The translations under genes and the position numbers were made by a program. Below the pieces are notes generated by a model that made no database searches, had not been told where the DNA came from, and was given only the letters and a program-made list of their open reading frames with translations. A DNA stretch of 64,000 nucleotides. It comes from Octopus vulgaris (Eukaryota). Location of the stretch: contig OX597831.1 in assembly GCA_951406725.2 (NCBI GenBank), forward strand, positions 81,964,001 through 82,028,000. Reading direction: 5' to 3'. This document shows, one piece after another, positions 50,401 through 62,230 of this stretch (within the stretch, counting starts at the first letter, position 1; every line of letters starts with the position of its first letter).

Positions 50401-53400
50401 GAGTTACCACAGGATTAGATCCTATTAGAAGTACCCCAGGACCAGATCTTGCTAGAAGTTGTAATAGTCATGGCTAGAAAAAAAATAATCGTTGAATTTA
50501 GTTCATCAAGATTTTGTACAGCCAGTGGCATCAGGCCAACAGCTGCACCTGATGCATTAGACATCAGGCCAACAGCTGCACCTGATGCATTAGACATCAG
50601 GACAACCACAGCAGCACATCATCCTGTGCAGCAGGTCGGTCAAAAGAGCAACTGGGAATATGAAAATGTTGTTTTGATTGTTTTTTTAATAATAGATAGA
50701 AAGCTTTTGAGATATTGTGGGGTGGAGGGCAAGAAGTGAGGTGTGTCTGCTTGAGGATGATGTGGGGGCATCCCATACAAGAGAACTGGAAGTAGTGATG
50801 GTCATGCTGTACCTGTGAACGTATATTTATAGTGTGGTAAAACACAGAAGAGATGCTGCAACAACAGGAAAGAGAGAACGGGGGGTGGGTGGGTGGAAGA
50901 ATGGGCTGAGGGAGGGGAGGGGGGCAAAGGAAGGGTCGACAAGTCTGTGACTGGTTATTTTTTTTAAAGAAAGAAAAAAAAAAAAAAAGTAACACATTGA
51001 CAATAATTTCAGTAATAAATTAAAAAATAAATTTAAGATAAACAAAGTGAGGAGAAACAAAATAGAACAGTCACATGGAAAAAAACTCAAAAATGTAAAG
51101 AAATAAAAAATAAGGGGGGGGGGGATTTCCTTTCTTTCTTTAAGGAAAAATTTGTTATTTATATGTATGTGTGTTTACATATATATATATATAGTTAATC
51201 CAAACATGAACAAAGAGAAAACACAACAACGCGAGGATGTGGAACAAGTATAGTGTTATTGGACGCTCAGGAAAGGAAAGAAAGGAGGATTTAACGTTTC
51301 GAGCGGAGCTCTTCGTCAGAAACATAGAAAGAGGAAAGGTCCAAGGAAGGGAAGATGGAGAAAGAAAATCACCAACGATACACACGTGGTCCCATATTGA
51401 ATCGCATGTATATAATGTGTTTCTTTAAGACTGATTAGCAGAGTTAGGGCCATCTACAAGGTGCCTCTTTGCCTGTGGTGTGCTGTTGGATGTTCTATTT
51501 TTCTATGCCAGCATGGGTTAGAAGCATACACTTTATTGAAGCATTGTTTTATAGCCAGATACTCTTCTTGACAGTAACTCTTGCCCGTTTTTCATATAAG
51601 GAATTCTTTCTTTGAGATGTCTTCTAAGGCACAGAGCTTTCAAATAGTCTGATGCTAGAGAACTGTCAACAATCTTCATCATTTGTAGCTCAACACTTTT
51701 ACATGCAAAACAAAAACAAAATGTATGCATTCATAGACACATTGACATATACGCAGACACGTGCGCACACACACACCAAGCTTCATACAGTTTCCTTCTC
51801 TGAAATTCACACAAACATTGGTTGGCCAGAGCTAGAGGGCGAAGACACTTGTTCAATGTACGGCACAGTGGAAGTGACCCGGAAACCATGTGATAGAGAA
51901 ACAAACTGCCAAACCATCACAGTTATACGTGTGCCTATTTCATAATGACAATTATTTGATAACTAATTAAATCTAATCAAAAACAAACAAAAAAAAAGAC
52001 TTACTCTGGTTTGATGCACTCAGTGAATGAAATAAATCGATCCTGTTGACACTGCTTCAATATTTTGGATTTCGGAGAAAGTGGACACTTGATGGGTGAC
52101 AGGATGGCCTGGTGACAGAGGTGAGAGGTGGGTAACAACAAGACATCTTATTTATTTATGAGAGAGAGAGAGAGAGAGACACAGATAAAGGGAGAGAAAG
52201 AAAGACAAGAAGAGATAAAGAGACAGACAATGACAAAGATATACAGACAGAGAGAGCGTGTGAGAGAAGTGGAGAGTGTGTGAGAGAAATCTGGTACCCA
52301 ACACTGAAGTAGAGAAGTGTGAAAGAGTTGAGAGAAAGAAGTGAAAGTTGAGGGTTAGTTTGTTGTTTATTTAAGGGTGAGAAGAGAAGGAGCAGAAGTG
52401 ATGATCCTTGTCTGTTTGCTGAGTGTTAGGAAGTGTAGGATAACGTCAGTGAGGTGGGAACTAGAGGTCAGCACTGTCTGAAGAACACCTGGAAAGTGAT
52501 TTCAATGGCGGGAACTAGAAATCTTACAAAAGGTAGAAGTCTATGTACGGACACCCAAGCATCCAATGTGTAAGGGGTTAGTTATCCTTAAAAAAACACA
52601 ACATGGGAAATAAGGAATAAACCTTTGCTATCATCTAAGGATGTCTTAGAGGAGGCAGAGTGGCTTGAGTGAATAAGAGAGGAATATAGAATGGGGAAGA
52701 AATGAAGGAAAGTAAATGGTCTCAGCAAGATTGGATGTCTTTGAGGATGAAACAGCAAATGTTTTGTGTAAAGACTTAAATCTGTGATGGGCCCTACTTA
52801 ACCTTTTAGATTTAGATCAGCGAATGAAGGTCCTTGCTTAACCATGAAGGACTCTGATGAAGGATTCTGCTCAACTTCTAGGACTTTGGTTTGTAATGAA
52901 GTTTTCCACTCAACTCTTTAGACTGATCTGTGAATGAAGGCGCCTGAAGAGTCTTTTAGAAATGTTCTGGTTCATCAACACACAGATCTTGCCTATGTGT
53001 AAGTCAGAGGCAGCATCAGTGCCAAGAGAGATAAACAGAGAGAAAGTGTGTGTGTGTGAGTGGTTTGTGGTAATGGATGCATACAGTAAAAACATGGAAC
53101 TAAATACCACAAGCTATTGAAGGTTACAGAGAGGGTCATAGCCCAACTGATTAGGGAGAGAGTCAACTTGGACGAGATGCAGTTTGGATTCGTGCCAGGG
53201 AAAAGCACCACTGATGCCATATTTCTGGTGAGACAGCTGCAGGAGAAATACCTAGCCAAAGATAAACCTCTGTACCTGGCTTTCGTCGACATGGAGAAAG
53301 CCTTTGACAGGGTCCCCCGATCCCTTATCTGGTGGTCAATGAGGAAACTAAGGATAGATGAATGGTTAGTGAGAGCTGTACGAGCCATGTACAGGGACGC

Positions 53401-56400
53401 TGTTAGTAAGGTGAGGGTTGGCAACAAGTACAGTGAAGAATTCCGGGTAGAGGTAGGGGTCCACCAAGGTTCAGTCCTCAGCCCCCTCCTATTTATCATA
53501 GTCCTCCAAGCAATAACGGAGGAACTCAAGACAGGTAGCCCCTGGGAGCTCCTCTATGCTGATGACCTTGCCCTAATTGCTGAGTCACTATCAGAACTGG
53601 AGTAGAAGTTTCAGGTGTGGAAGCAAGGATTAGAATCGAAGGGCCTTAGAGTCAACCTAGCTACCAAAGTTCTAATAAGTAGGAAGGTAGACAAATCACA
53701 AACACCCTCAGGTAGATGGCCCTGCTCGATCTGTAGAAAAGGCGTAGGTAGAAACTCTATAAGATGCACCAAGTGTAAGCTATGGACACATAAGAGGTGC
53801 AGCAATGTCAAAGGAAGGCTAACTGGGAGGATAGATTTTGTATGTTGCAGATGCTCAGGAGTAATAAACACTGAAAATACACAAAGACCATCTTCCGCCA
53901 CATTCCAGGGAGAAAAACTAGAAGTAGTTGATAGCTTCCGCTACCTAGGTGACCAAGTCAGTAGCGGAGGTGGGTGTGCTGAAAGTGTAACTGCTAGAGT
54001 AAGAATAGCCTGGGCAAAGTTCAGAGAGCTCTTACCCCTGCTGGTGACAAAAGGCCTCTCGCTCAGAGTAAAAGGCAGACTGTATGATGCATGTGTACGA
54101 ACAGCCATGCTACATGGTAGTGAAACATGGGCTGTGACTGCTGAGGATATGCGTAAGCTCACAAGAAATGAAGCCAGTATGCTCCGATGGATGTGTAATG
54201 TCAGTGTTCATACTCAACAGAGTGTAAGTACTTTGAGAGAAAAGTTGGACCTAAGAAGCATCAGTTGTGGTGTGCAAGAGAGACGTTTGCGCTGGTATGG
54301 TCATGTGGCGAGAATGGCTGAAGATAGTTGTGTGAAAAAGTGCCACACCCTAGCGGTTGAGGGAACCTGTGGAAGAGGTAGACCCAGGAAAACCTGGGAC
54401 GAGGTGGTGAAGCACGACCTTCAAACTTTAGATCTCACCGAGGAAATGACTAGAGGCCGAGACCTATGGAAGTATGCTGTGCGCGAGAAGACCCGGCAGG
54501 ACAAGTGAGGCCATAATCCCATGGCCCACACCTGGGATGTAGCCAGCCCACTTATGCATTCCTTTCCTTCTTGGGACACAAAACTCCACTTGTGAAGGCC
54601 TGTTGAGGCAAGTGAAAATCAAAATCAAAATCGTAATCTATCAACATCAAATGGAATTTGTAGCTGTGATACCAGTGCTGGTGGCACGTAAGAGAACCAT
54701 CCGAACGTGGCCGTAGCCAGCGCCGCCCAACTGGCCTCCATGCTGGTGGCACGTAAAAAGCACCATCCGATCGTGGCCGTTTGCCAGCCTCGTCTGGCAC
54801 GTAAAAAGCACCCACTACACTCACGGAGTGGTTGGCGTTAGGAAGGGCATCCAGCTGTAGAAACACTGCCAGATCAGACTGGAGCCTGGTGCAGCCTTCT
54901 GGCTTCCCAGACCCCAGTTGAACCGTCCAACCCATGCCAGCATGGAAAAGCGGATGCTAAATGTTGATGATGATGATGATGATGATTAGGTTCAATGCTC
55001 TGCCAATTCTATTAATTATCTTTTTGCTTGAGGCACAAAGCCTCAAATTCTTGGGAAGGTGCAAGTCAATTTCATCAACCCCAGTATTCAACTGGTACTT
55101 ACTTTATTGACCTCAAAAGGAGAAAAAGCTAAGTCAATCCCAGAATAATTTGAACTCAGAACATAAAGACAGACAAAATGCCACTAACTCACTTCTCTTA
55201 ACAATCTCATCCTCATCATCCATGCTGGCATGGGTTGGACAGGAGCTGCACCCAATTCCATTGGCAGGGTTTCGGCAGCTGGATGCCCTTACCAAAGCCA
55301 ACCACTATACAAAGTATGTTGGGAGCTTTTTACATGAAGGGAGTGGAGTTAGCCTGTTAGATGAACCCCCACCCCCCAAACACCACCTCAGTATATGACT
55401 GGTACATATTTTGTCAACACTAAATGAAAGATGATGCCGAAACAATAACAACAACAACAATTCATAATACTAAAAACAAAACTTACCAATAAACTCTTCC
55501 TAGTTGGAGTCAGCTGACTGTTAGATAAATGAGAAATGGAATGTTCAGTGTCCGCAACATGACCAGAATCATCACTGTTATTACCATCATCATCATCACC
55601 ATCATCCTCATCCTCAGATAAATCTGCATTTATCCCAGTTTGTCTGGAACCGTTTCCCAGGATGCTGTTTATTTTACTGCCACGAGTTTCGTAAGGACTG
55701 CGCTGTACAATATTTGATTGGGAATGTTGTTTGCTTTGGTTCTCAGAATGTATTGCAGAGGCTGAGGAATCTGACGGGTCAAGTTCTGAACAAATTTCTT
55801 CTTCTTCTTCTTCTTCTTCTTCATCCTCCTCCTCCTCTTCTCTTATGTCATTTAGTGACAAATCTCCACTGTTCTCCATGTTGATGTCATCCTCCTTTTC
55901 TGACGCTGCCTCATCACTAGACAACAATACAGTCTCCAGAAGGCTATTTATATGTTCAATACTTACATTAGTGAACAAATCATCATCATGACCATGACCA
56001 CTGTTCTGCCACTTTGATCCACTCCTAGGGCTAGACTCAATGAGTTCTGCTGAGGAATCAAATTCCCCTGAATTGAGACAAGGGTCACGATTATCCCTAA
56101 AGTCATTGAGGATGTCAAAGATGGGCCTTGAACTCATTATGTATTTCATGTAGGCACAATCATTCCCACATGGCTGATCCAGGGAGCAGTGAGCACAAGA
56201 ACTCAACAGCAAAGACAATTGTTTCTTTTGCAATAGTTTGTCCTGTCTGGATTTCCTGTCAGCAGAACTCTCGTCAAACAGACTCGGAGTATAATCCTCA
56301 CAGCTGATGTAGCTTTCTGTGCTTAACAACTGTTCAACTCCAGCATCAAGTTTTTTTAACTGAACAACACAATCAAACGGACTACTCTTGGCACTAGAGT

Positions 56401-59400
56401 AAGCCTCTACAGAGTTACCGCTGCTGCTATTACTATTGTCATTGCAATTATTTTTTTTTTGGCCGCGTCGAGGAGAAGAAGAAGTAGGATGGCGTCCACT
56501 TCTCACTGAAGATGAAAACATACTGCTATAATTAGCAGCATTTTCGACATTTTGTTCAAAGCTTTCATCTCTGTAACTATTTAGAAATGATCCATTTTCT
56601 CTGCTAGTGTTTTTTAAATTATCAAGATGCTTTTCAATTTCAGGGCTATGCTCTAGCCTGACAACAGGTAAATATGCAGGAGTACTGGTGGTAATTTTGG
56701 TCTTTTTCGCTCGGGTGCCACGAAACACATCGTCTCGTGATTCTTCATGTTGTTTATTTCTCAAGAAATAATTGGAATCATTTGTCTCAGACAACTGATC
56801 GGAACTGGTAGTTGTAAGGCGAGTGACTCTGGGGAAATTCTCTGCATATGGATTTGCAGCAATTGGTGACTCAGAGATGCACAATTCATAGTTGTCGAAA
56901 TCACTGAAGTGCATCGAAACACTTTTCTCATTCGATTCTTTGAATAAATCAGGGGAACACGCCTTCAGCTTTGTCCAGTTGGGAAGTCTTTTTTTATGAG
57001 TTGATGGAGGAACAATTTTCTTGGTTGATTTTGGTAAATGTTTGATATTTTTTGGAGAAGATCCTTTGAAAGAATCAGAGAAACTGGATACAAAATCCTG
57101 AAATAAATAAAAAAATATATATAATTAAAGTTAAATAATGACTAGAATTAAACAGACAATGTCCAAGGCTGGTCATTCAGTTTGGTCTGAAGGAAAGGGT
57201 AATGTCTATGCAGACCCTCCACAACCAGTGAAATACACAAGTCACAGTTAATAAGGTTCTTTGATAGAAGCTAATTATTTAATTAATTAATAATAACAAT
57301 GAGAGGTTTCTTGGCAAGGACTCTGGAAAAGTTTACATGGTTTTCACCAAAAAATGATAAAATAGATTTTAAGGTTGAACATCCAGGTGCTAACAACTGG
57401 TATAATTGGAAAAAAAAAACCACTTAAAAATATCATCACAGCCAGAATAATAAAAAGAAGTGAGTGGTTTGCTTTTTAGCCTGATGTTGTGAGAATTTGT
57501 TGCTAAATGAAGGGAAGAGGAGGACATTTGCAATATTGTAAATCAAAGCTGGTAATTAAGAAATAATTAATTAACGATGATATAAAAATAAATAACTTCT
57601 CAGCCGTTACTACTATTTATAGGGTCAGTGCTTTATGGTATAAGAAAAGAGAGAGAGAGAGAGAAATCTCTCCATGGAAATATAACACTAGTCTTAAATT
57701 TTAAGTTTCAGATGATACGGTAGGTACCCCAGAGCAGAGAAAATATGGACGAGGGGGTTCTATTCTGAAACACAGTTTAGCAGTAAATTTGACCACATCA
57801 CCAAAGAATAACTAAACTAATAACTGACTTATGCAAACATAAGCACTGGACATTCGAACAAAAACAATATAATCAGTTTAATATGAAAGAATCAGCTGAC
57901 GACATGTTCTTTAACAGCTGGTTCCAATCCTGACATCAAAGATCAAATGCTGACATCCTTACTTTATCAAAAAATAATTTCTCTTCATTTCTTCTCTTCT
58001 CTTTGTGGCATCGATTCTCTTTTTCATGTTCGCTTTTTTTTGCCTTTCTTTTTTTCCTGGACAAAAAAAAAAAAGTAAAACAAACACATTAACTGGAAAA
58101 GAAATTTTAAGTTATCTCATTCTTGCATTCTTAACAGTTTTTTTATCTCATTCTTGCATTCTTAACAGTTTTTTTATCTCATTCTTGCATTCTTAACAGT
58201 TTTTTTTTATCTCATTCTTGCATTCTTAACAGTTTTTTTATCTCATTCTTGCATTCTTAACAGTTTTTTTATCTCATTCTTGCATTCTTAACAGTTTTTT
58301 TATCTCATTCTTGCATTCTTAACAGTTTTTTTATCTCATTCTTGCATTCTTAACAGTTTTTTTTATCTCATTCTTGCATTCTTAACAGTTTTTTTTATCT
58401 CATTCTTGCATTCTTAACAGTTTTTTTTATCTCATTCTTGCATTCTTAACAGTTTTTTTAAAAAAGCTTTCATCAGAAAATGCTTGTTTATGTTTCGCTC
58501 GGTTGTCTCCACTTTGCTCCTACATTATTCTCAACTTTGGTAGAACAAAGAGATGACTAGGGACCACAAAAACGTAACTACAGTGCTACTGTGGGTGTGG
58601 TGTGCATCAGGGGCCAAAGTAGGAGCAAAAGTTGTAGTGATTCGAATAAAGAGAGAAACCTTAAGAGAAGGTCAGGATGCTGGAGCGGAAAGGTGAAAAC
58701 TCTGAGATGGGATCAGTGCAAAGAATATCTCGTCAAAACAAGACTGGTTTGATGGCTTCCAGTTAGATTAATGGGCAACTTAGGGTTAGCTGACAACATT
58801 TCCATCTTTTAACAGGGCTTTGTTTCCATCTAGGGTCAAACTATGTCAAGAAGGCAGAATGCAAAATAGATCGACAGCAGAGTGCAGGGTGAGCAGAGAG
58901 AGAAACTCCTTACCGGAGATAGACAAGTAAAACAATATGGTATATGATTCAGAATATTTAAACCTTGATTTTAAGAGCCACAGCAGTCGTTTCAGCAATA
59001 CCTGTGACTCTGCAGTATATGGGTTCAATAACTTTACAAGATCTTCAAGGGTTAACACCTGACATAGACAAGCATCTTATAACAGAGGAGAGATTTGTCA
59101 CTCATTTGTTTAGCACCAAAGAACAATTGTTAACCACTGGGAGGGTCTTAAAAAGTCCCCTCCCAGTTATTATTCTATCAATCAACAGTTTCCAAGTTTC
59201 AAAAAGAGGTGGAGGTGGGGAACAACAAAACATCAAAGATACTCACACTTTGTTTGCTTTCCTGGTTGTTACAAAATCTTCGTCTGGAGTGAGGCTATTG
59301 GAACCACTAAACAAGGTCTGTTTAGTTTTCTTGATATTATCTTCCCAGACATCAGTCTTAATAACACGGGATTTGTGTCTGCCGTAGGTTTTCACAACTT

Positions 59401-59419
59401 TCTCCTTTTTACTCTCCAT
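38237..59419 (-). CDS. HASPIN: Serine/threonine kinase Haspin, 12 coding exons, 2934 nt, 977 aa
   Basis: All introns GT-AG with consistent phases; KIGEGVYGEVF, VALK-IIPIEG, LPEIVIS, SDNDRPD, FEHRDLHWGNVL, IIDFTLSR, GDYQFHVYR and NVFWIHYL are haspin-specific motifs. Confidence 0.96.
39288..39390 (-). CDS. HASPIN: Haspin coding exon 11
   Basis: DCTVFCDLAPDEELFQGSGDYQFHVYRMMKIET; AG/GT boundaries. Confidence 0.95.
39722..39806. repeat. 85-bp palindrome (MADE1-like mini-MITE)
   Basis: 41-bp arms, 3-nt loop, 3 mismatches; TA|CGAGAG...CTCTCG|TA ends. Confidence 0.85.
40132..40210 (-). ncRNA. Minimal type I hammerhead ribozyme motif (Penelope-type), intronic, sense to Haspin
   Basis: CCU-CUGACGA-GGUUCAA...UUGAAUU-GAAAC-GGCU-GUA-AGG; all three stems can form. 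Confidence 0.7.
40455..40686 (-). CDS. HASPIN: Haspin coding exon 10 (catalytic loop)
   Basis: FNNLRQAKNILLQV...FEHRDLHWGNVLV...IIDFTLSRLSK; cag/gtaagt. Confidence 0.97.
41515..42490 (+). mobile_element. Older 5'-truncated copy of the RTE-like LINE with its 3' UTR
   Basis: ARIRIVWVKFRELLPLL...YDACV...HGSATW is collinear with 53950-54988; (GAT)n tail. Confidence 0.88.
42555..43235 (+). mobile_element. R4/Dong-like non-LTR retrotransposon 3' end (RLE domain)
   Basis: RHD...LLWNYTIQTDRKIDANRPDII...LIDMTVP...KLSKYKD...IPVVIGA; (TAA)n tail. Confidence 0.88.
43240..43450 (-). mobile_element. SINE family B, degraded
   Basis: Similarity to other copies. Confidence 0.7.
43770..43843 (-). CDS. HASPIN: Haspin coding exon 9
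   Basis: DIFSADQLFVVFEFGDGGSTLEDFK; tag/gtaact. Confidence 0.94.
44003..44340 (-). mobile_element. Solo RTE-like LINE 3' UTR, reverse orientation
   Basis: Reverse-complement match to the 3' UTR of 53112-54988. Confidence 0.85.
44598..45243. mobile_element. piggyBac-like non-autonomous element with a nested LINE tail (44759-44922)
   Basis: TTAA|CCCTTTCGTTACC ... GGTAACAAATGGG|TTAA. Confidence 0.75.
45872..45963 (-). CDS. HASPIN: Haspin coding exon 8
   Basis: VSCVKGKYPAQLLKQWDIFHKNKQSDNDRP; tag/gtcagt. Confidence 0.95.
46617..46679 (-). CDS. HASPIN: Haspin coding exon 7
   Basis: ELSELQFGVEEQTRNFISVN; cag/gtaagt. Confidence 0.93.
47108..47778 (+). mobile_element. R4/Dong-like non-LTR fragment (CCHC knuckle region)
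   Basis: HGALHPKSNTDRLYLSRRKGGRGL, MYGQF, CRMCGERGETVWHIVSEC, HDNVA; inserted in (TAA)n. Confidence 0.85.
47780..47957 (-). mobile_element. SINE family B
   Basis: Similarity to other copies. Confidence 0.75.
48351..48436 (-). CDS. HASPIN: Haspin coding exon 6
   Basis: IIPIEGTFNVNDCAQKTFGEMLPEIVIS; cag/gtaagt. Confidence 0.95.
49502..49733 (+). mobile_element. SINE family B inserted in a reverse LINE tail
   Basis: Full-length copy; flanking duplication TATGGCTGGATG at 49484-49495 and 49734-49745. Confidence 0.9.
49926..50013 (-). CDS. HASPIN: Haspin coding exon 5 (G-loop and catalytic Lys)
   Basis: VMQKCVKIGEGVYGEVFRTTKHKKSVALK; cag/gtaagt. Confidence 0.97.
50200..50458. repeat. 27-bp minisatellite, ~9.5 copies
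   Basis: Unit ACCCCAGGACCAGATCCTGCTAGAGTT. Confidence 0.9.
51289..51323 (-). ncRNA. Minimal hammerhead motif (Penelope-type), intronic, sense to Haspin
   Basis: GUUU-CUGACGA-A-GAGC-UCC-GCUC-GAAAC-GUU-AAAU; palindromic stem III (ACGU). Confidence 0.65.
52005..52108 (-). CDS. HASPIN: Haspin coding exon 4
   Basis: AILSPIKCPLSPKSKILKQCQQDRFISFTECIKP; cag/gtaagt. Confidence 0.92.
53112..54988 (+). mobile_element. Young 5'-truncated RTE-like LINE with a PHD-like insert and a long 3' UTR
   Basis: QFGFVPGKSTTDAIF, AFVDMEKAFDRVPR, GVHQGSVLSPLLF, LLYADD; one in-frame TAG at 53603; ORF ends 54508; (GAT)n tail. Confidence 0.93.
55487..57097 (-). CDS. HASPIN: Haspin coding exon 3 (1611 bp, low-complexity N-terminal region)
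   Basis: tttcag acceptor, 537 open codons, gtaagt donor, phase 0/0 matching both neighbours. Confidence 0.92.
57963..58056 (-). CDS. HASPIN: Haspin coding exon 2 (basic, NLS-like)
   Basis: KKRKAKKSEHEKENRCHKEKRRNEEKLFFDK; ccag/gtaagg; phases 2/0 fit. Confidence 0.85.
58112..58459. repeat. ~31-bp minisatellite, ~11 copies
   Basis: Unit TATCTCATTCTTGCATTCTTAACAG plus a variable T-run. Confidence 0.95.
59247..59419 (-). CDS. HASPIN: Haspin coding exon 1 (exon begins 59440)
   Basis: MESKKEKVVKTYGRHKSRV...; acceptor tttttag at 59441, donor gtgagt. Confidence 0.85.
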
Positions 59420-60423
59420 GAAGTCATGGAATGGTCACTGCTAAAAACAAAGATGAATAATAAACACCTGAGGTTAGGGTTAGGGTTAGAGAAGTACTCA
59501 AAGCATGTAAATGTTTGGTAGTTGAACGGTGAGGAGTGACACCCAACTCACTTTCTCCTGACACTCAAAACTGTTCAGACAACAAATGGATCCAAGCAAG
59601 AATTGTTAACATAGGACAAAGATATCTTTTTATTGGACTCTGACTCAGCCCAGAATACCCTAGAACTTATTTCACTTTGACACCTCCTTTAGCAATATCT
59701 AATTGCCGAACTGCTAAGTTACGGGCCATTGAGATTAAAGTGCTGATCGACCATCTATAGCTAAAGCAATAGAGAACCAGGCATTGTTTAGTGTTGTCCA
59801 TCCCTGCTGACAGAGGGCAGCAACTTGTAACCCTAACTCCTGTATGAGACTTGAGAGAAATATATGAGGTATGATTTTTCCGTTGTTCACATGGAGGAAA
59901 GACATACCCATATAAGGAATAAAACCTTTCAGACAGAGAGGAGTGGACAACTGGAAAAATTGCTAATTAATGTTTAGACCGAATTCTTGTAAGTTGGTTG
60001 TGAAAGGGAAAACAATGGAGAGGGAGCGGGAGGGATCCTGGGCTTGAAAGTGTGTTTAGGTGGGGGTCAAGTGAGACAGGGAATGATGGGAGGAGAAGGT
60101 GCAGATACGAGCGGAGGTGGTAGCTGTGTTAGTAGTAATTGAGATGGGCTTTTTAAGGACCTGGTCAGTCCAAGATTCTAATGTTCAGTTGTAGCTATCT
60201 AGCGTAGTAGGGGAATTCCATTAGAAAATAAAGAGATATGAGTGGTGGTCATATCGTAGAGGTCAGGAATGCTCTTATTATTATCCAAGATATAAAAACC
60301 GATGGATTGAGAGATGTTGTTACAAAAGGGATGAGGTCAAGTATTTTGCCCACATTCATAATCCCTCACTATTTTTTATATATCTGAGTGTGTGTCTGTA
60401 CACACACGTATTTGCATGTGCTT

Positions 60424-61525
<1,102 letters not shown>

Positions 61526-62081
61526 CACACGCATTTATGCATGTTGATTGAATTTACATCCACATCCAACAATATCGCGGTCGTTCGTTCGTGTGTCTTT
61601 GTAGGAAAATGTCTTGGCGGACCGACATGGACTTGTCGCTTCTCCCAGTCTTGGTCCAGTGGAACATCCAAAGACTGAGAAGATGACGGGGGGGGGGGGG
61701 GAGAAGGGCGGCACCAACATTTGCTTCCACATCGCAATTTTAGCATTCATCTAAATCATATTCTCATATATTTGTCCGTTTGAATCTCTTCGCGTTTAAA
61801 TAATAATAATAATAATGAAATCATTGTATTCTGTGCTGGAACGGGGCCAAATACTTGCTAGGGTCCCCGGTTGGCCCCTTTTGCTTAGAAACCGTTTTCA
61901 ATCTTATTTTACGTTCGTCAACACAAAAGAACAATATAATAATGTTTCTACCCTGGAAGGTGGTCTTAATTAATTAATTAATTATTATTAATCCCCCCCC
62001 CCCCGATAAAATCCCTGAAACCAGAAAGGGGGGGGCGCAGTGCAAATTCTGTTTTTTTACCCAAATCTTTGGTCAACTTAC

Positions 62082-62230
62082 CTTCGATGTTACAACAACA
62101 ACAAGAAAACTGCTTCCACCGTGACCACCACCGACAACAACAGCAACAGACAGTCGATTAATCCAGACTGTTAATTAATTCAATCAATTAATTAAATCCC
62201 TTCATTAAACGATTTCTCTTCGACTCTCAG
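62082..62230 (-). other. HASPIN: Probable non-coding first exon of Haspin (5' end uncertain)
   Basis: Strong AAG|GTAAGT donor at 62081, just downstream of a promoter-like motif cluster. Confidence 0.55.

Noticed and set aside
52853-52970. CTGATGA and CTGAAGA..GAAA hammerhead-like boxes
   Set aside because: No stem II or stem I pairing.
55388-56914. 508-aa ORF as a standalone gene
   Set aside because: It is part of Haspin exon 3. The frame is open upstream to the acceptor at 57097, and the tail after 55487 is intron read-through.
58112-58459. CRISPR-like regular repeats (also 50200-50458)
   Set aside because: Head-to-tail units with no unique spacers, no cas genes, and a eukaryotic intron context.
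59472-59489. Interstitial TTAGGG repeats (also CCCTAA-like near 63576-63600)
   Set aside because: Only ~3 units. The second tract is internal to a MITE. Not evidence of a chromosome end or fusion.
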